This document shows, in pieces, positions 9,211 to 21,400 of a stretch of 34,704 bases of DNA (its first letter is position 1; every line of letters starts with the position of its first letter). The notes beneath the pieces are model-generated. The model was not told the origin of the DNA. It saw only the letters and a program-made list of their open reading frames with translations, and did no database searches. Made by a program: the position numbers and the translations under genes. Source of the DNA: Catajapyx aquilonaris (taxonomy: Eukaryota); assembly GCA_000934665.2 (NCBI GenBank), contig KZ539065.1:1-34704 (forward strand), written 5' to 3'.

Positions 9211-12200
9211 AGAGCAGATATTCAGATTGAAAATTTGAAATTTAAAATCTAGCACGGATAATTTTCGTAGATATGTTTTTAAAATTTTCACTTGGACGCC
9301 TATAATGTTAGACATGATTTGTAAAGATAATTATATTGTTGCTTGTTTCTCAATCGTTACTTTGAAAACATCCAAGGAGCAAATAATGACTGTGACACCA
9401 ATAATTATGATAACTTACCCTTTGTATAAGTGTAGCTATGCTTTTCAAATACATCCAACTTTCACTTTAATACTTAAAACATGTTGCTAAAAGGTTGTAA
9501 TTTAGCAGTGCAATCAAAATAGCTGTAGAATATCATGAAAAATTATTTCAGGAGCTTTCAGTTACCTGAGTTTGCATAACTCCTATAGAATAAGGATGAG
9601 CGCTGCTCATGCCTCAAAGGCATAGTGCAGCAGACCACACATCGTTTTAATATAATACTGTATCAAAGTGGCACAGAGTTGAAAGTTCTTGAGACTTGTG
9701 TAAATGCAATGTGGAGTAGCCTATATATATATATAGGAGCACCATAAAAATTACCTTGTGCTTGACGTGGAAGAGAGTATTGGTAGGTCGGTGCGTAGAA
9801 AGGTCCGACGCATGTTAGCCGTATAGTGTTTCTGTCTGAATCGTGCATCCTAAACCTTTTAATTCGTTGCTTGGCTCATTTAAGCTTCCCCCAATTACTT
9901 TTTATCCCTCTCACCTCCACTTTCCTTATTAGAGCCGCCGGGAGTTTCATTAGCCGCTTCCGCCACCCAAAAAGGAACAACTTTTTCATCTAATCATTTG
10001 ACATTCCTGCAGCAAAGTGGGAAGCTTCTCCATTTGCCTTTATTGCTGCTCCAAGCCCATTCTTTCAAGGATTTTAGGGGTGGCGGGTGGGAGGGGGGCA
10101 ATTACTTATACTCAGGATATATTGCTGTTCTATCTTGCGCCAAGTACCATTCGTTACTTTTGTATTCTCACCTGCAGGAAAGTTTGCTGCTTGGAGACTC
10201 TCATATTACAAGTAATGCCTGTGTTCCTAACAGCACTTGCTCAAAAGTGGAGTTTTGAAAATTTATGCCGATGCGAATATGACCTTTTTTGCTTTCACTT
10301 AAACTTTACATAAGATTAAAGTCAGCACGATTTAGAATATATTTAGGCCAGGAAGACATTTCAGCCAAAATGAATAGCCCTATTGTTTTTGATATTTAGA
10401 CTCCGTACCATTATGAAAAATCGCCTATTACGTATATGAGTTCATAATATTTCTATGGCACAGTACAACCGGCAATTTAATAGACATGCTGATATGGCAA
10501 CAGCCTGTACGCCGGTTTCAGTGGTCGACTAGCGGTACATATCCAATATGGTATACTAGAGGGGTTTGAAAATGCTTGGAGCACCTGAGGAGTCCATTAG
10601 TGCAAGGGAAGAGTAAGGAAGAAGAAGGAGCATTAGAGGGGTATAGGAGGCGATAGCCATCAGTCTAGACTCATAAACCAATAAAAACCTGCCATAAAAG
10701 CCATTAAGGGAACTTAGCTGGCAGCTTCTTACTAGGCCTGATCCTCAGCTGGACTTTTAGATCCTTCTTTGTCCCACACACCTTTCGTTCGTTTTATTTT
10801 CTTCAATTCTTTTCTGTCTGGAGCCACTTCCATTGTTTCCATTAGACCAGAGGGATATATGGCGAGTCTGATGGTCGGCAGGGACACATGGACTTCCACT
10901 GGTTCGGATCCGACCTTGCTGGCAGTCAATTTTACTGTTCAGAAAAATTAGTGCCGCCGATTTCATCTTATAGGGCAAGGTCGTGATATTTTAAACTTGA
11001 CCACCAAAGCGACCGAAACTGGATTAGAAAAATGTACCCTAGCTCAAGAAAAGACAACATTGTCCGATCCTCCCACAGCAGACCCTTGCAATTACTAGCC
11101 TCAAAATGGAGGCCAGTCTCCTTTTATTCCCCCCTTACACTTCACCATCCATAAGCCATCATCCAGTAGCTTCCGCCATTTTCTTCATTACATTTATCAC
11201 TCTGATGGGCTCGGTAGAGAAAAAAAAAGTTATAAAGGTTTCATATCGTGCATCCCAGCCAAGAGCCAACCCGACCAAGCTGACAAACATTATTTGGCGA
11301 GTGACAAATGGGACCAATTTCAGCAAGAGGGCTGAGACGCTCTTTCTGTCTGTCTGATGTTGGTGGACACACTGGTGAATTTTCTAGACTCAATTGAAAG
11401 CCGGGTCATCCTGAAAGTTAGCTAATCCTTGAAACACTCAGGTTGTATGCAAATAGCCAAGTTACAAGGTGATGCAAAACGTACGAATTTTTAGTAACTT
11501 TTTGATGTAAGCTCCACCCTATGGATATTTCATTGGACGAACTTCAAGCTGGAAGGAGGGGCGTATAAATCAGCGAATCAGAACACACGCGTCATAATTG
11601 ATCGACCCCGTTTTTTTTATCCGTTTCTTCCTGGCATTCATTTGCTACTTTCCACGAGTTAGTAGGGTCTAATAGGACGTGATGAACCGCGCCTGGAAAC
11701 CGCCTCCAATTTATCATCTTGATGGCCAACCTCCCCCTCGACTTCTATTGTGTTTGAACCCAGGGTTTTGAAACAGCCGTAAAATTTTTAGGGATTTTAA
11801 GTATTTAAAAATCTGATGTAGTGAAAATTTGGCGCCAGATTGGAGGCGGGCTATGTTGAGGTAAAACCACAGAATGTGCCTGGAGGCTAATTTTGCACCA
11901 AAATGGCAGGGTGGGTTGGCAAGCATGTTTTGCAGGGTAGGATGGGTATAGGTGTTGGAAGGGGGGGGGGGGNNNNNNNNNNNNNNNNNNNNNNNNNNNN
12001 NNNNNNGGGGGGGGGCTCCATCTCGCCGAGCCTCGTTGGAAATTGGATTCCAGGCTTCTTGGCTTTGTTTGGGAGGCGGCTCATTGGCGCGCTGGGCCTC
12101 ATTAGCCGCTGCTCCATTAGCCCGCCTTTTGTAATTAACTGCCAGCTGACGTCACTTTAATTTAGACCCGCGCTAATTAGACCCCACCTATCTCCACCCC

Positions 12201-12924
12201 CCTCACTTTTCCCACCCGCCTACCCCACCCTGGCTAACTCCAAAAATGCGTGTCGCTGGCAATACAAGAGGAGCCACCCTGCTTTTTATGGTGGACTTTA
12301 TCCCCCCAGGGTGTAATGGGTATTGCGTTTATCCGGGTTATAACGTGAGAATTGTAGCGGAGTAACGGGATATGTGGATGTGACGTGATTTTGGAAGATT
12401 AGATGGTTCAATCTAAGACTGCTGATATTATGTAGCCTATATGTTAAGAACTTTTGCAACATGGCCACTCATGTTGTGAGGGTGTGAGGGGTAGCATGGT
12501 GTATTCTAGTGAGCAATTCATTTTTGGTGGCAATGAGTAAAGGGTTGGTTATAACTTTCAATGTTTTGTGTTTGTTGATCTGAAGTGCGGAAAGATCATA
12601 GACGCACTTATAAGAAATTGAAGTTTAATGATTGCAATGTCTCACATTAGATTAATTTTTTCAAACATTTCTCTGTACTGTATCAGAAAATGACATCTTT
12701 ATAGCAAGTGTCTGTGCTACACAAATAATTTACTGTAACTCAATTTTGAACAAAATTAAATTTTTATCCTTCTAGCTCTTCATATGAAGCGAAATATTTA
12801 TTGACCTGAATTTGTGTTTCTTTGAGTGGAACTCTGGTTAGTATACACTCGCTTCAGAATATTGCATTAACCAAATGAGCTGTTAGTTTACTCAGCAATC
12901 AGTTTTTTTTGGTTTGGATTTACA

Positions 12925-13170
12925 CTTAACACATCTACAATAGACACTGAGGTTTCGAGTTCAATCCCCGGATCGGACAGATGACACTTAGAAAAGTTTC
13001 GATGGGTTCTCTCCATGTTCACCTTGGTTTTCTCGGGATTCTCCCGTTCCCTCCCATAATAAAAATTATTCAGCAGCGAATTAATGAATCAAGTCGGATG
13101 TTGAAGTGCCCTAACAGCCTATCACCAATTAATCACGCGCAGAAAGTCATAATGACGCCGTTGTTATAGC
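12925..13170 (+). mobile_element. Degenerate tRNA-derived SINE with V-domain-like core
   Basis: Pol III B-box-like gagttcaatcc (12957-12967), followed by ttctctccatgttcaccttggttttctcgggattctcccgttccctccca, which resembles the V-SINE core as I recall it. Ends are approximate and the A box is not clear. Confidence 0.55.
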
Positions 13171-13646
13171 ATCATGGCGTGTTTGCTATACGATGTGTTA
13201 CATGTATTTAGAGCCCTTTGAGATACCGAATCGTATTAGTGTAGCCGGATGCTTTACTGATTAAAGTGTACATGCAATCGATGAGCGTATTAATTATAAT
13301 GTGCCCCATTTTTGTGTAATCAAACGTGAGCATTGCCCTTTGAGACGTCATAAGCGACTGTAAATCTCCATCAGACAAAAGACATCCCACTCTATACAAG
13401 CCCCCCACATCTTTTGTGACTTGGCGACGGTGACGTTGCACAAGTGGAGCGTCGAAAAAAGCCAATTGGTGAATTGGATAGTAGTAACAACAGGAGTGGA
13501 AAATCTACCCCTCCCTTTCCACCTCCCATCCCCCTCCAACCCCCCCAGAGGGTGACAGGGAGCGGTCGGTGGGCAAGCATGCCCGGTATTTCAATTAATC
13601 CCCGCATCAAAGAGCCGTGGCATGGAGGGGATGGGAAGTGGGGGAA

Positions 13647-13667
13647 GGGGGTGGGTGGGTGGGTGGG
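13647..13667 (+). other. G-quadruplex-forming motif (GGGT)4GGG
   Basis: gggggtgggtgggtgggtggg within a longer purine/G-rich tract at 13625-13697. Confidence 0.6.
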
Positions 13668-16600
13668 ATAGAGAGGGGGGTGAGGGGGAGGTAGGGACGT
13701 CAAAGTGCTGCTAACGCGCCTAATAAATCCTGGATCCGTGTTCATGACAATGTTAGTGGGTTGTAGGGGGGGGGGGGGCTTCCACCCGCTCCCTCCCCCA
13801 CTTTCTCCTTCCCTTGATGGAAAAATCGTTATCTGCTTAGCAAACCGAGGAAGAGGAGGGGCCTTTTGGTTGCTTGGTAACAGGAAGTGGGGGAGTCAGA
13901 GGGAGGCAAAACTGGGGGAGAAGGGGGAAAATGGCGGATACCAGTTAGAGAGCACCTTAATTTTACTGATAAATAGCTCTATAGATACACGCTTACTTTG
14001 GGGGATGTAAGCTTGTTCTGATTTACTTTTGTCATAATAAATTACAAGAAAATTTGAGTTTTTTTGTAGTAGGTACCGTATTTAGTAAGTTACATGTTGT
14101 TATTTTAGAGACTGTAAATCGGGGCTGTTTAAGTATGATCCGAAATACTGAATGGTTAGATATCACTGAGAGAGAATATCTTCGAATCTCCAATAATTTA
14201 ACTTTACGTTGGAATCTGCCAATCTATCGTCCAATTGTTAATTTTCCTTCGTGTTGGTGTTTTCTTGGTAGTCACTGACGTCATTTCGAAAAGAAATTTG
14301 GTGGCAAGCATATTACGAGTAATCTGATAATATGTTTATATTTGGCAATTTTTGGCAATTTTTTATCAATTGCTCTATACATTAGCCTACATTTTTCCAT
14401 TTGAATTATGTACAGGCCTATAAGGATCTGTTTATATGTAACAAATTGCTGCTCATGTACAATAGACAACAGCACAATCAGTTTTTGTCATTTCTGTTAT
14501 CTTTGAATGTTACATACTTAAACGTTATTAATATTCCACAAATGTGTCCTCTGCTGCATGTATGTATAGTAGTGACGCAATAATAACTGCAGCTGTCCAG
14601 TATGAAGTGTACGTATACATTACAATCCTGCCCCCAACCCCTTCACAGTTTGCACTCATTTCTATAACTTAATGAAAATAAAACAGTCGACAGATAGGAG
14701 GACAATGTCACTTTTGTTATCTAGTTGACTGATTATTATTATTTTTTAAATGATACCTAGATTGATGGGGTCATTATGCCTTCGAGTCAGTTGTCTGTCT
14801 CACAAACTATCTGCTTGCATTTGCAGACATCTCCCTTGAAACGCGTTTGTTGTGTTGAGGCGATGTGGCGACAGTTAATGAAGGTGAAGTATACGCCACG
14901 CAATGGTGCTGGTCGATCCGAGTGTCTCGAGTGAGTCATTCCACCTCATAACATGCCTGAAGAGGTTTAGAGTGCTGCACAAATCCAACCTTTGTGAGTG
15001 CCGTTAGAGTAACCGCCGGATCGGAATTATGATCAACATCCAACTGCCTGGCAGGTGTTGAAATTCTCCGGAGGAACGTCGATCATTACTTTACTGTATT
15101 ACCGTTGTATCAACTTCTCAAATAAATGTTAAATACTGTTAGGCGTAGACAATAATATTTGGCATGAAGTGTTTGTAATAAGCAGGTTATCTGGCTGAGC
15201 TATAGGTATTTCGCTGTTATCACGGCGTAATTTGAAGGCATTTTAGAAAGGCAACATTTATTGCGGTTCAGCAGCTAATATGCACCCTAGGGGGGGAAAA
15301 CGTTTGATGTTCATAATCTCATTACCCGCAAATGTGATATCTTTCCCCATCTCTCTGCCTGCTGCTGGTATTAGCTTGACATCTGAGGGATGGGAAAAAT
15401 GATTTGAAACACAGAGAAAATGATCCCTCGTGAAGGATTCCTGGGCCCTGAAATAATGAGGGTTAAATAGCGAAGTGTAATCATAGCTGCGGCCTGGTGG
15501 GTAAAAATTCCCCCCCTCCCCTCCCACATACACTCTGGACCTTCATCCCAGCCGCATAATCCGTCATATGCGCTCATATTGATAGTCCGGGCGTTTATTG
15601 CGGTCGGGCCAAATAGCTGGCGTGAATTTCCAATCATTTCATAATTCCAGCTTTGATGCTAGCGGGATCTCACACACACGCTCATGTGCACATGCACACA
15701 CGCATATGATTTTCCCCGTTTCTGGATGGAAGCTCTCTTTTATGGGGGGGGGGGGGGGGGGGGGGNNNNNNNNNNNNNNNNNNNNNNNNNNNNNNNNNNN
15801 NNNNNNNNNNNNNNNNNNNNNNNNNNNNNNNNNAAAAGCTCTCCGGATGGGGTTTTGCGGTTTCTGTCGGTGGCCTCCACAGCCCTCCCCCTCCTCCCCC
15901 CTGCCCTCCCCCATCCGAAATGCCAGCGCTTACTGCCACTCAACTTCATCCCCCACCTCCCCCTCACATCCACCTCCCATATACACACACATGTTAAGGC
16001 TCATAAATAATGGGAGCGACTTTTGTGTCATATTTTTCGTCTGTCCTCCGTATAGTCACATACAGTGTGCAGTTCGGTGCTATTCATCACCGATATCTGC
16101 TTGCTCGACTGTCAGCATGTTTTGCACTCACTTGAAAGTGTGTTGGATTTGCATGTTTTCGTCCATGCGAAATGCAGGATAGAGTGAGTGATCGTGATGC
16201 GAGGAGAGTTTAAATATACCAGAGATGATATTCAGAAACATTTTCCGGTACAAGTGCATAATAATAGCACAATAAACTATTCATAACAGAATGCGGGGAA
16301 GTAATAGGGGAATAAGGAATTAGCTCAAAAGTCGCGAATTAGTGACTTAGCACATTTTATTTGGGATTGCTTCTTTCCTTTATGGAGCCCCTTTCGCCAT
16401 TTGTATTGGCTGCTATTGGTGTCCAAAAACTCGCCATAAAAATCTTCGGCATCACAGCACTTAATATTGCCAGTGTGCTATACTGGTACAGTAGGCTATA
16501 TCTGATCACGATCCGCCCTTATAATGAGGTAAATGACCCTCAATTTTAAATATTTGCCCATTATGCGAGGCAGTGTGGGCAGCCACCAAAATTGTGAATC

Positions 16601-17744
16601 AAAATTGCTGAAATATTCAAACTCCCGCAATGCACGATGTATGGTTGGTAGCATTTTGGTAATAACATACTTTAATATGTATCTATTGCTGCCTTAACTT
16701 TGATGGCAGTGTCTATACGCTCAGGACATCACTTTGACCTATACTTCCTTAGGCTACTCTACAGAGAGCATGCGTAATAAGCAGAAACCCAGCTTGTATA
16801 TACTTTTTCATGGACCTATACTTTTCTAGTGTGCTCCTTTTTCAACGTCTCTTTTTTTCCGTCTGAAAAATCTTTTCTGGAATTCGCTCCAAGAAGATGA
16901 AGGAGCCTGGTTGGGAGGGGAAATGAGGGTGGTGGGTGGCAGTTGGGTGGGGAGAGGGAGCCAGGGGGAGTCGAGTGCTCCCTTTCCAACTTATTAAGAA
17001 GCCCTTCATATATCCGGAGCTATTGAGCCCTCAAACGCTCGCCGAGGCATTTTCCTCAAGCTCATTTGAACAACCTTTTCAATCCCCGTTGCCTTCTTCT
17101 TCCCCGTCCCCCCCCCCCNCCCCCCCCCCCCAAAACTTGCAGATCCCCAACAAAGCAGGATAATATAATATTACACGCAAATTTTGCTAACCGGTTGGTC
17201 CAAAACTTATCACACCATTACATAGCGAGGAAAAGTACATTTATTTAAATTGATTGCGCTGAAAGTCCCAATTTGAGATAACCCACTCGTTGTAAGGGGG
17301 TGGAGGAAGAGGAAGAAGAAAAAAAAACAATAAAAGACAATGCTCCGTCTTTGAAAGGCAATATCGAGCTAGGGCAGCATGCCTTAGCTTCTTGGCTCAA
17401 AGATTGAGTGGCCCCGCTTTTAGGAGGTGGGGGGGGGGGGGGGGGNNNNNNNNNNNNNNNNNNNNNNNNNNNNNNNNNNNNNNNNNNNNNNAACCCCCCC
17501 CCCCCAACCTCCACCCACTACCACCCTCAAGTCTTAAAAATGTCTTGGCGAGGTTATGTCGTAATTTCCTTCCCTTTTTTGTTGGGGGAAGCTTGGATTG
17601 CGAATTTTAATTATGGAGGATATCAAGCATTAATGGCTTAATTGGACGGGCTGACTTTTTTTTTGCCCAACTATGTATGAAAGATGTATCGTGCATATGC
17701 TGAGTGGTAGACTCGTATACTGTACAACTTGGAATTAGTATGCC

Positions 17745-17839
17745 TGTACTATCACCAAAGAAAGGATTGTCGGATCTGTGCAATGGGTTGCATCCAAGCC
17801 AGGATAACCCGCGACAATCCTTGTTTGGGCCATAGTACA
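17745..17839. mobile_element. ~95-bp foldback MITE with the same termini as 4419-4514
   Basis: tgtactatcaccaaagaaaggattgtcg ... cgacaatccttgtttgggccatagtaca form an imperfect inverted repeat with TGTACTAT/ATAGTACA ends. Confidence 0.6.
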
Positions 17840-18499
17840 CCATACATGTTTGCTGTACCGCAGTTTCTGTCCGGAAAATGAAATGTTAGAGGCATATATA
17901 AACGATCAAAGGAGGAATCCGGAGATGGAAATGACTGGATCGGAGAGAGTCGATGGACTCACATTCCACACATGTCAGTGCTAGTCGTATTTCGTGTCAC
18001 ATCTTGGCCATCAAAAGGATTCCGCAGCTGTATAGAGGGATGAAGGGGGTAGTCTGAAGGAAGAATTCGCAGTCGTGGTAACCTACTGCATGGTTTAATC
18101 CACACTATTAGACCATGGTCATGAAGCACACAGCCTTTGTACAGAACACTCGAGTCGAGATTGTGCAAACGGGATCTAACAATAACGTGCCAAGCCTATT
18201 ATCAAGAGTATTTACATCACATGAGCTAACAGGTCACTTGTCTAAGCGAGACACATCGTTTAATGCTGCTGATATGCTATATAGACTCGGGTACAAGAAG
18301 CGTAACAACCTGCGCTTTGACATTATTTTGGTCTCATAAGTACAGGTGGGGAACAAAAAACATGCACGGTGAGAAGATGAAAGGTACAGTAAAACTGTTG
18401 TGTCGATGTTGACAGTCGCTCTTAATGTTCGGATATGTACACAATTTTAGGGTGACTTGCAGTGAGTAAATGGAAGGATGGAGTCCGAATAGATAAATC

Positions 18500-21400
18500 T
18501 CACTTATCGTCGCGCTCGTCGTTGGCGTTGGTGGTGTCGCTGTCGTCTGCCTCGTCCTCCGCTTCTTGCTGCTGCTGTTTCAGGGCCGCCAGTCGACGCT
18601 GCTGAATCTCCAAATGCTGCTTCCGCCACTTGATACGCCGGTTTTGGAACCAGACCTTCACCTGATCCAAATGAAAACAGGTCTGGAGTCTTCAACTATA
18701 TACACTATAGTGTCTACTACTATTACGACCGACACTCTCATAATGACTTTTGTTGCTCCGACTAGGTTCTAACAGTACGTTTCACAGTACCGCACAATGC
18801 ATTTTGTCTTGGACCGCCGATACGGAATTGAAGCCCGGAAAGAGAATTGGCAGTCGATACCTCCTCCTTTGATTAATAGCCCGAAGGAGCAAAGGGCCCC
18901 AACATTCCTCAGACGGGTCAACTTGCCTAACATTCTATCGATTTATGGCTCCTCATTGGCTTCCTTATAGAGTAGACATATACGGTACAGAATGAAACCC
19001 CGTGTACTGTATCGGTGAAGCATGTCATGGCATCCCTGCAGAGTGGACATGTAGGTGGCAAGTGGCAACATGGAGGAGTCGGAGGCGCGACAAAGAAGGG
19101 GAATCGATACAGGGTGGCTGAGCTGATATTGTTCACGGCTCATTTGCATGGCTCGGGACGAGGGAAAGCGCTTTTATATATTGGAAGGAAAACGACGGCA
19201 CGAGAGGGGCTTGGATGAAGGGGGATGCTGCAACAGCACAGAACATGGCTTGGGTGGGGGAAAAAGACGCTGACATCAACTATCAGCCTGGTTGGGTCCT
19301 TTTGTCCTGTTTACGTATAGCCAATTGGGCCCGAACAAGGGAACCCGGTCCCACGACAACGCTTTGGAATGTTGTTGCTCAGAATGCTACGAGGAACCTA
19401 TAGGAAGGACAGGAGAGGTTGCGATAGACTACTTGATGCACCCTGTACCTATATAGATTTGTCTTTGCATTAAATATTTTAATGAGCAAGTGATTAGGCT
19501 ATGCACCAACATAGTTAGAGTGCATACCGTCTTAAGGGTTAACCAACCCATGCCATAATAAAAATTATTATTATTATAGTTAGAGTCCATACGGACTAAA
19601 TAATGTGGGCTAGAGATGAGTAAATTTGCTGTCATGAAGCCTGCAAAAATAGTGCGCAAAAACAGATGGAAGGCAATACCCGAGTGATTTTGTGTCCTTT
19701 TCTCGTCGGGTTTGAATTGCCGGAGTGAGCCGCCACTGCCTTCTTCCAGCCCCGTTATATTGGTTTGGGGACCAATCAAATAAATCAAGTGGGTCGTAAA
19801 TATAAAGGCGGAAGCCAATAAGCAGCTGGAGGATGCGCTCACAATAAAGGGGAGGGGGGGGGGATGAAAGGGGGGAGGACCGGCAGCGGGATTGTTATTA
19901 AGGATGGGGAGAGGGGTCGGTTGGGGTGCTCCATATAAGAGAGAGAGTGTTGAGAGAGCCGCTTGGTTAAGCCATTACGAGGCGGATTAGTCGCCACCGG
20001 CAAGTCCGATTAGCTTGCCTGATTAGCCCCTGCTTTATGACCTGCCAGTCAGGGCTGCCCAGGAGTCAAACCAGCTTCACTTGATGCACCAGCATCGCAC
20101 TTTACTGCACGCCCACCATATGATTGGTGCCAGTACGTGGTCCTTTGTTGTATACTCTGTGTATGGCCATATATTCTGACCGGGAATATCATATATCAGC
20201 GAGAGATTAGGATCGTGAGTTACAACAATGTTGTTTTTGAGAAGGTTGTAACTCAGGGGAGTGCGGATTATAGTGTGATGTTTCGGTAACACCTGCTGAG
20301 TGTAAGAATGGGTTGATAGGGGCGTATCTCAACTATATGGGCTTGTTGAGATGGACGTAACATGTAACCGCTTTCTCCACCTGGCACTCTTCACTCCCTT
20401 TTGCATATTTATTTAGCCTTGTGTCTCAATGCATTGAATCACCTCAGCGTATACGTATAGGTATAGGTATACGGGCATGCACTACGGAAACGTGCCGTAA
20501 CTACACTGCTAATATAGTCATAATATATGCAGACTAGTCCACTCATATATTCGATTGAATTCCGGCAATCAATTATATCTGACCCATCATCACTCGATTT
20601 GGTCATGGAGAGACGATATCAGTGCATTATAATTTTTGTTTTGCATGAAGGCAAGCACTTCACAAGTACAAATTGTGGTTAGATTCTCTGTCGCGAGGAT
20701 AAAATTTGGCGAGTAAATTATTGTAAACCCCCTTTCTTATTATGAGACACATTTTGTGTCATACGCAGACTGCTTTTCAGGAGTTATAAATGATCATATG
20801 TTGTCCAAGTGTGTAATCGCAGAACCACTGCCTTAAATAGCGCGGTGCAGAGGACATAAAGACGAGGTGATTCATAATTATATAGCCCTTTCAAACCAGC
20901 AAACTAGTTTACCAGGTTTAGCTGCATCGTAAAGGAATTTGGCAAGTGTGCCAATATCTGTTTCACGGTCTGTTCCATCACTGTTCAATTGACAGCTAAA
21001 CTTTCATTCTTAATTCTTAATATTCTTAATATATTGACTATATTTGATTGTCTATATTGATTGACTATATTCGACTATATTATTAATATTGAATTATGCC
21101 AGATTCCGTTGACAGAATATCAATAGCTCAACTGTTTTTGAAATATGAAGGCACAAATAATTTGTCGACATGTCTGCTCATTTTATTTACGAGGGATTAC
21201 TTTTTTTAAAATTAATAATCAAACGAGGGATTACTTAAAAGCATGTGTCTTAATGAATCCCGGCCTATTTTGAGTACCCATCGGACAAGGGACTTTGTAA
21301 GGGCACTGGTGTATAATGTATAGTTTACATGCATCATTCGAATTACGCAGCGGCCGGGCGTTGGTTTACTGTCACACCTCAGCGCGATGCTGCCCGGTGC

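Noticed and set aside
10732..10929. Protein-like 65-aa ORF on the minus strand
   Set aside because: Non-ATG start, no recognisable homology and no linked exons.
11761..11927. Possible hAT-type MITE (cagggt...gttggcaagcatg)
   Set aside because: The TIRs match poorly and there is no convincing TSD.
15598..17641. Gly/Pro-rich ORFs crossing N gaps
   Set aside because: Artefacts of G/C homopolymers and assembly gaps.
21003..21095. AT-rich tandem units (attcttaat, attgactatat); a similar (ttccttaat)3 at ~24814-24842
   Set aside because: Low-complexity slippage repeats with no repeat-spacer structure, so not CRISPR-like.
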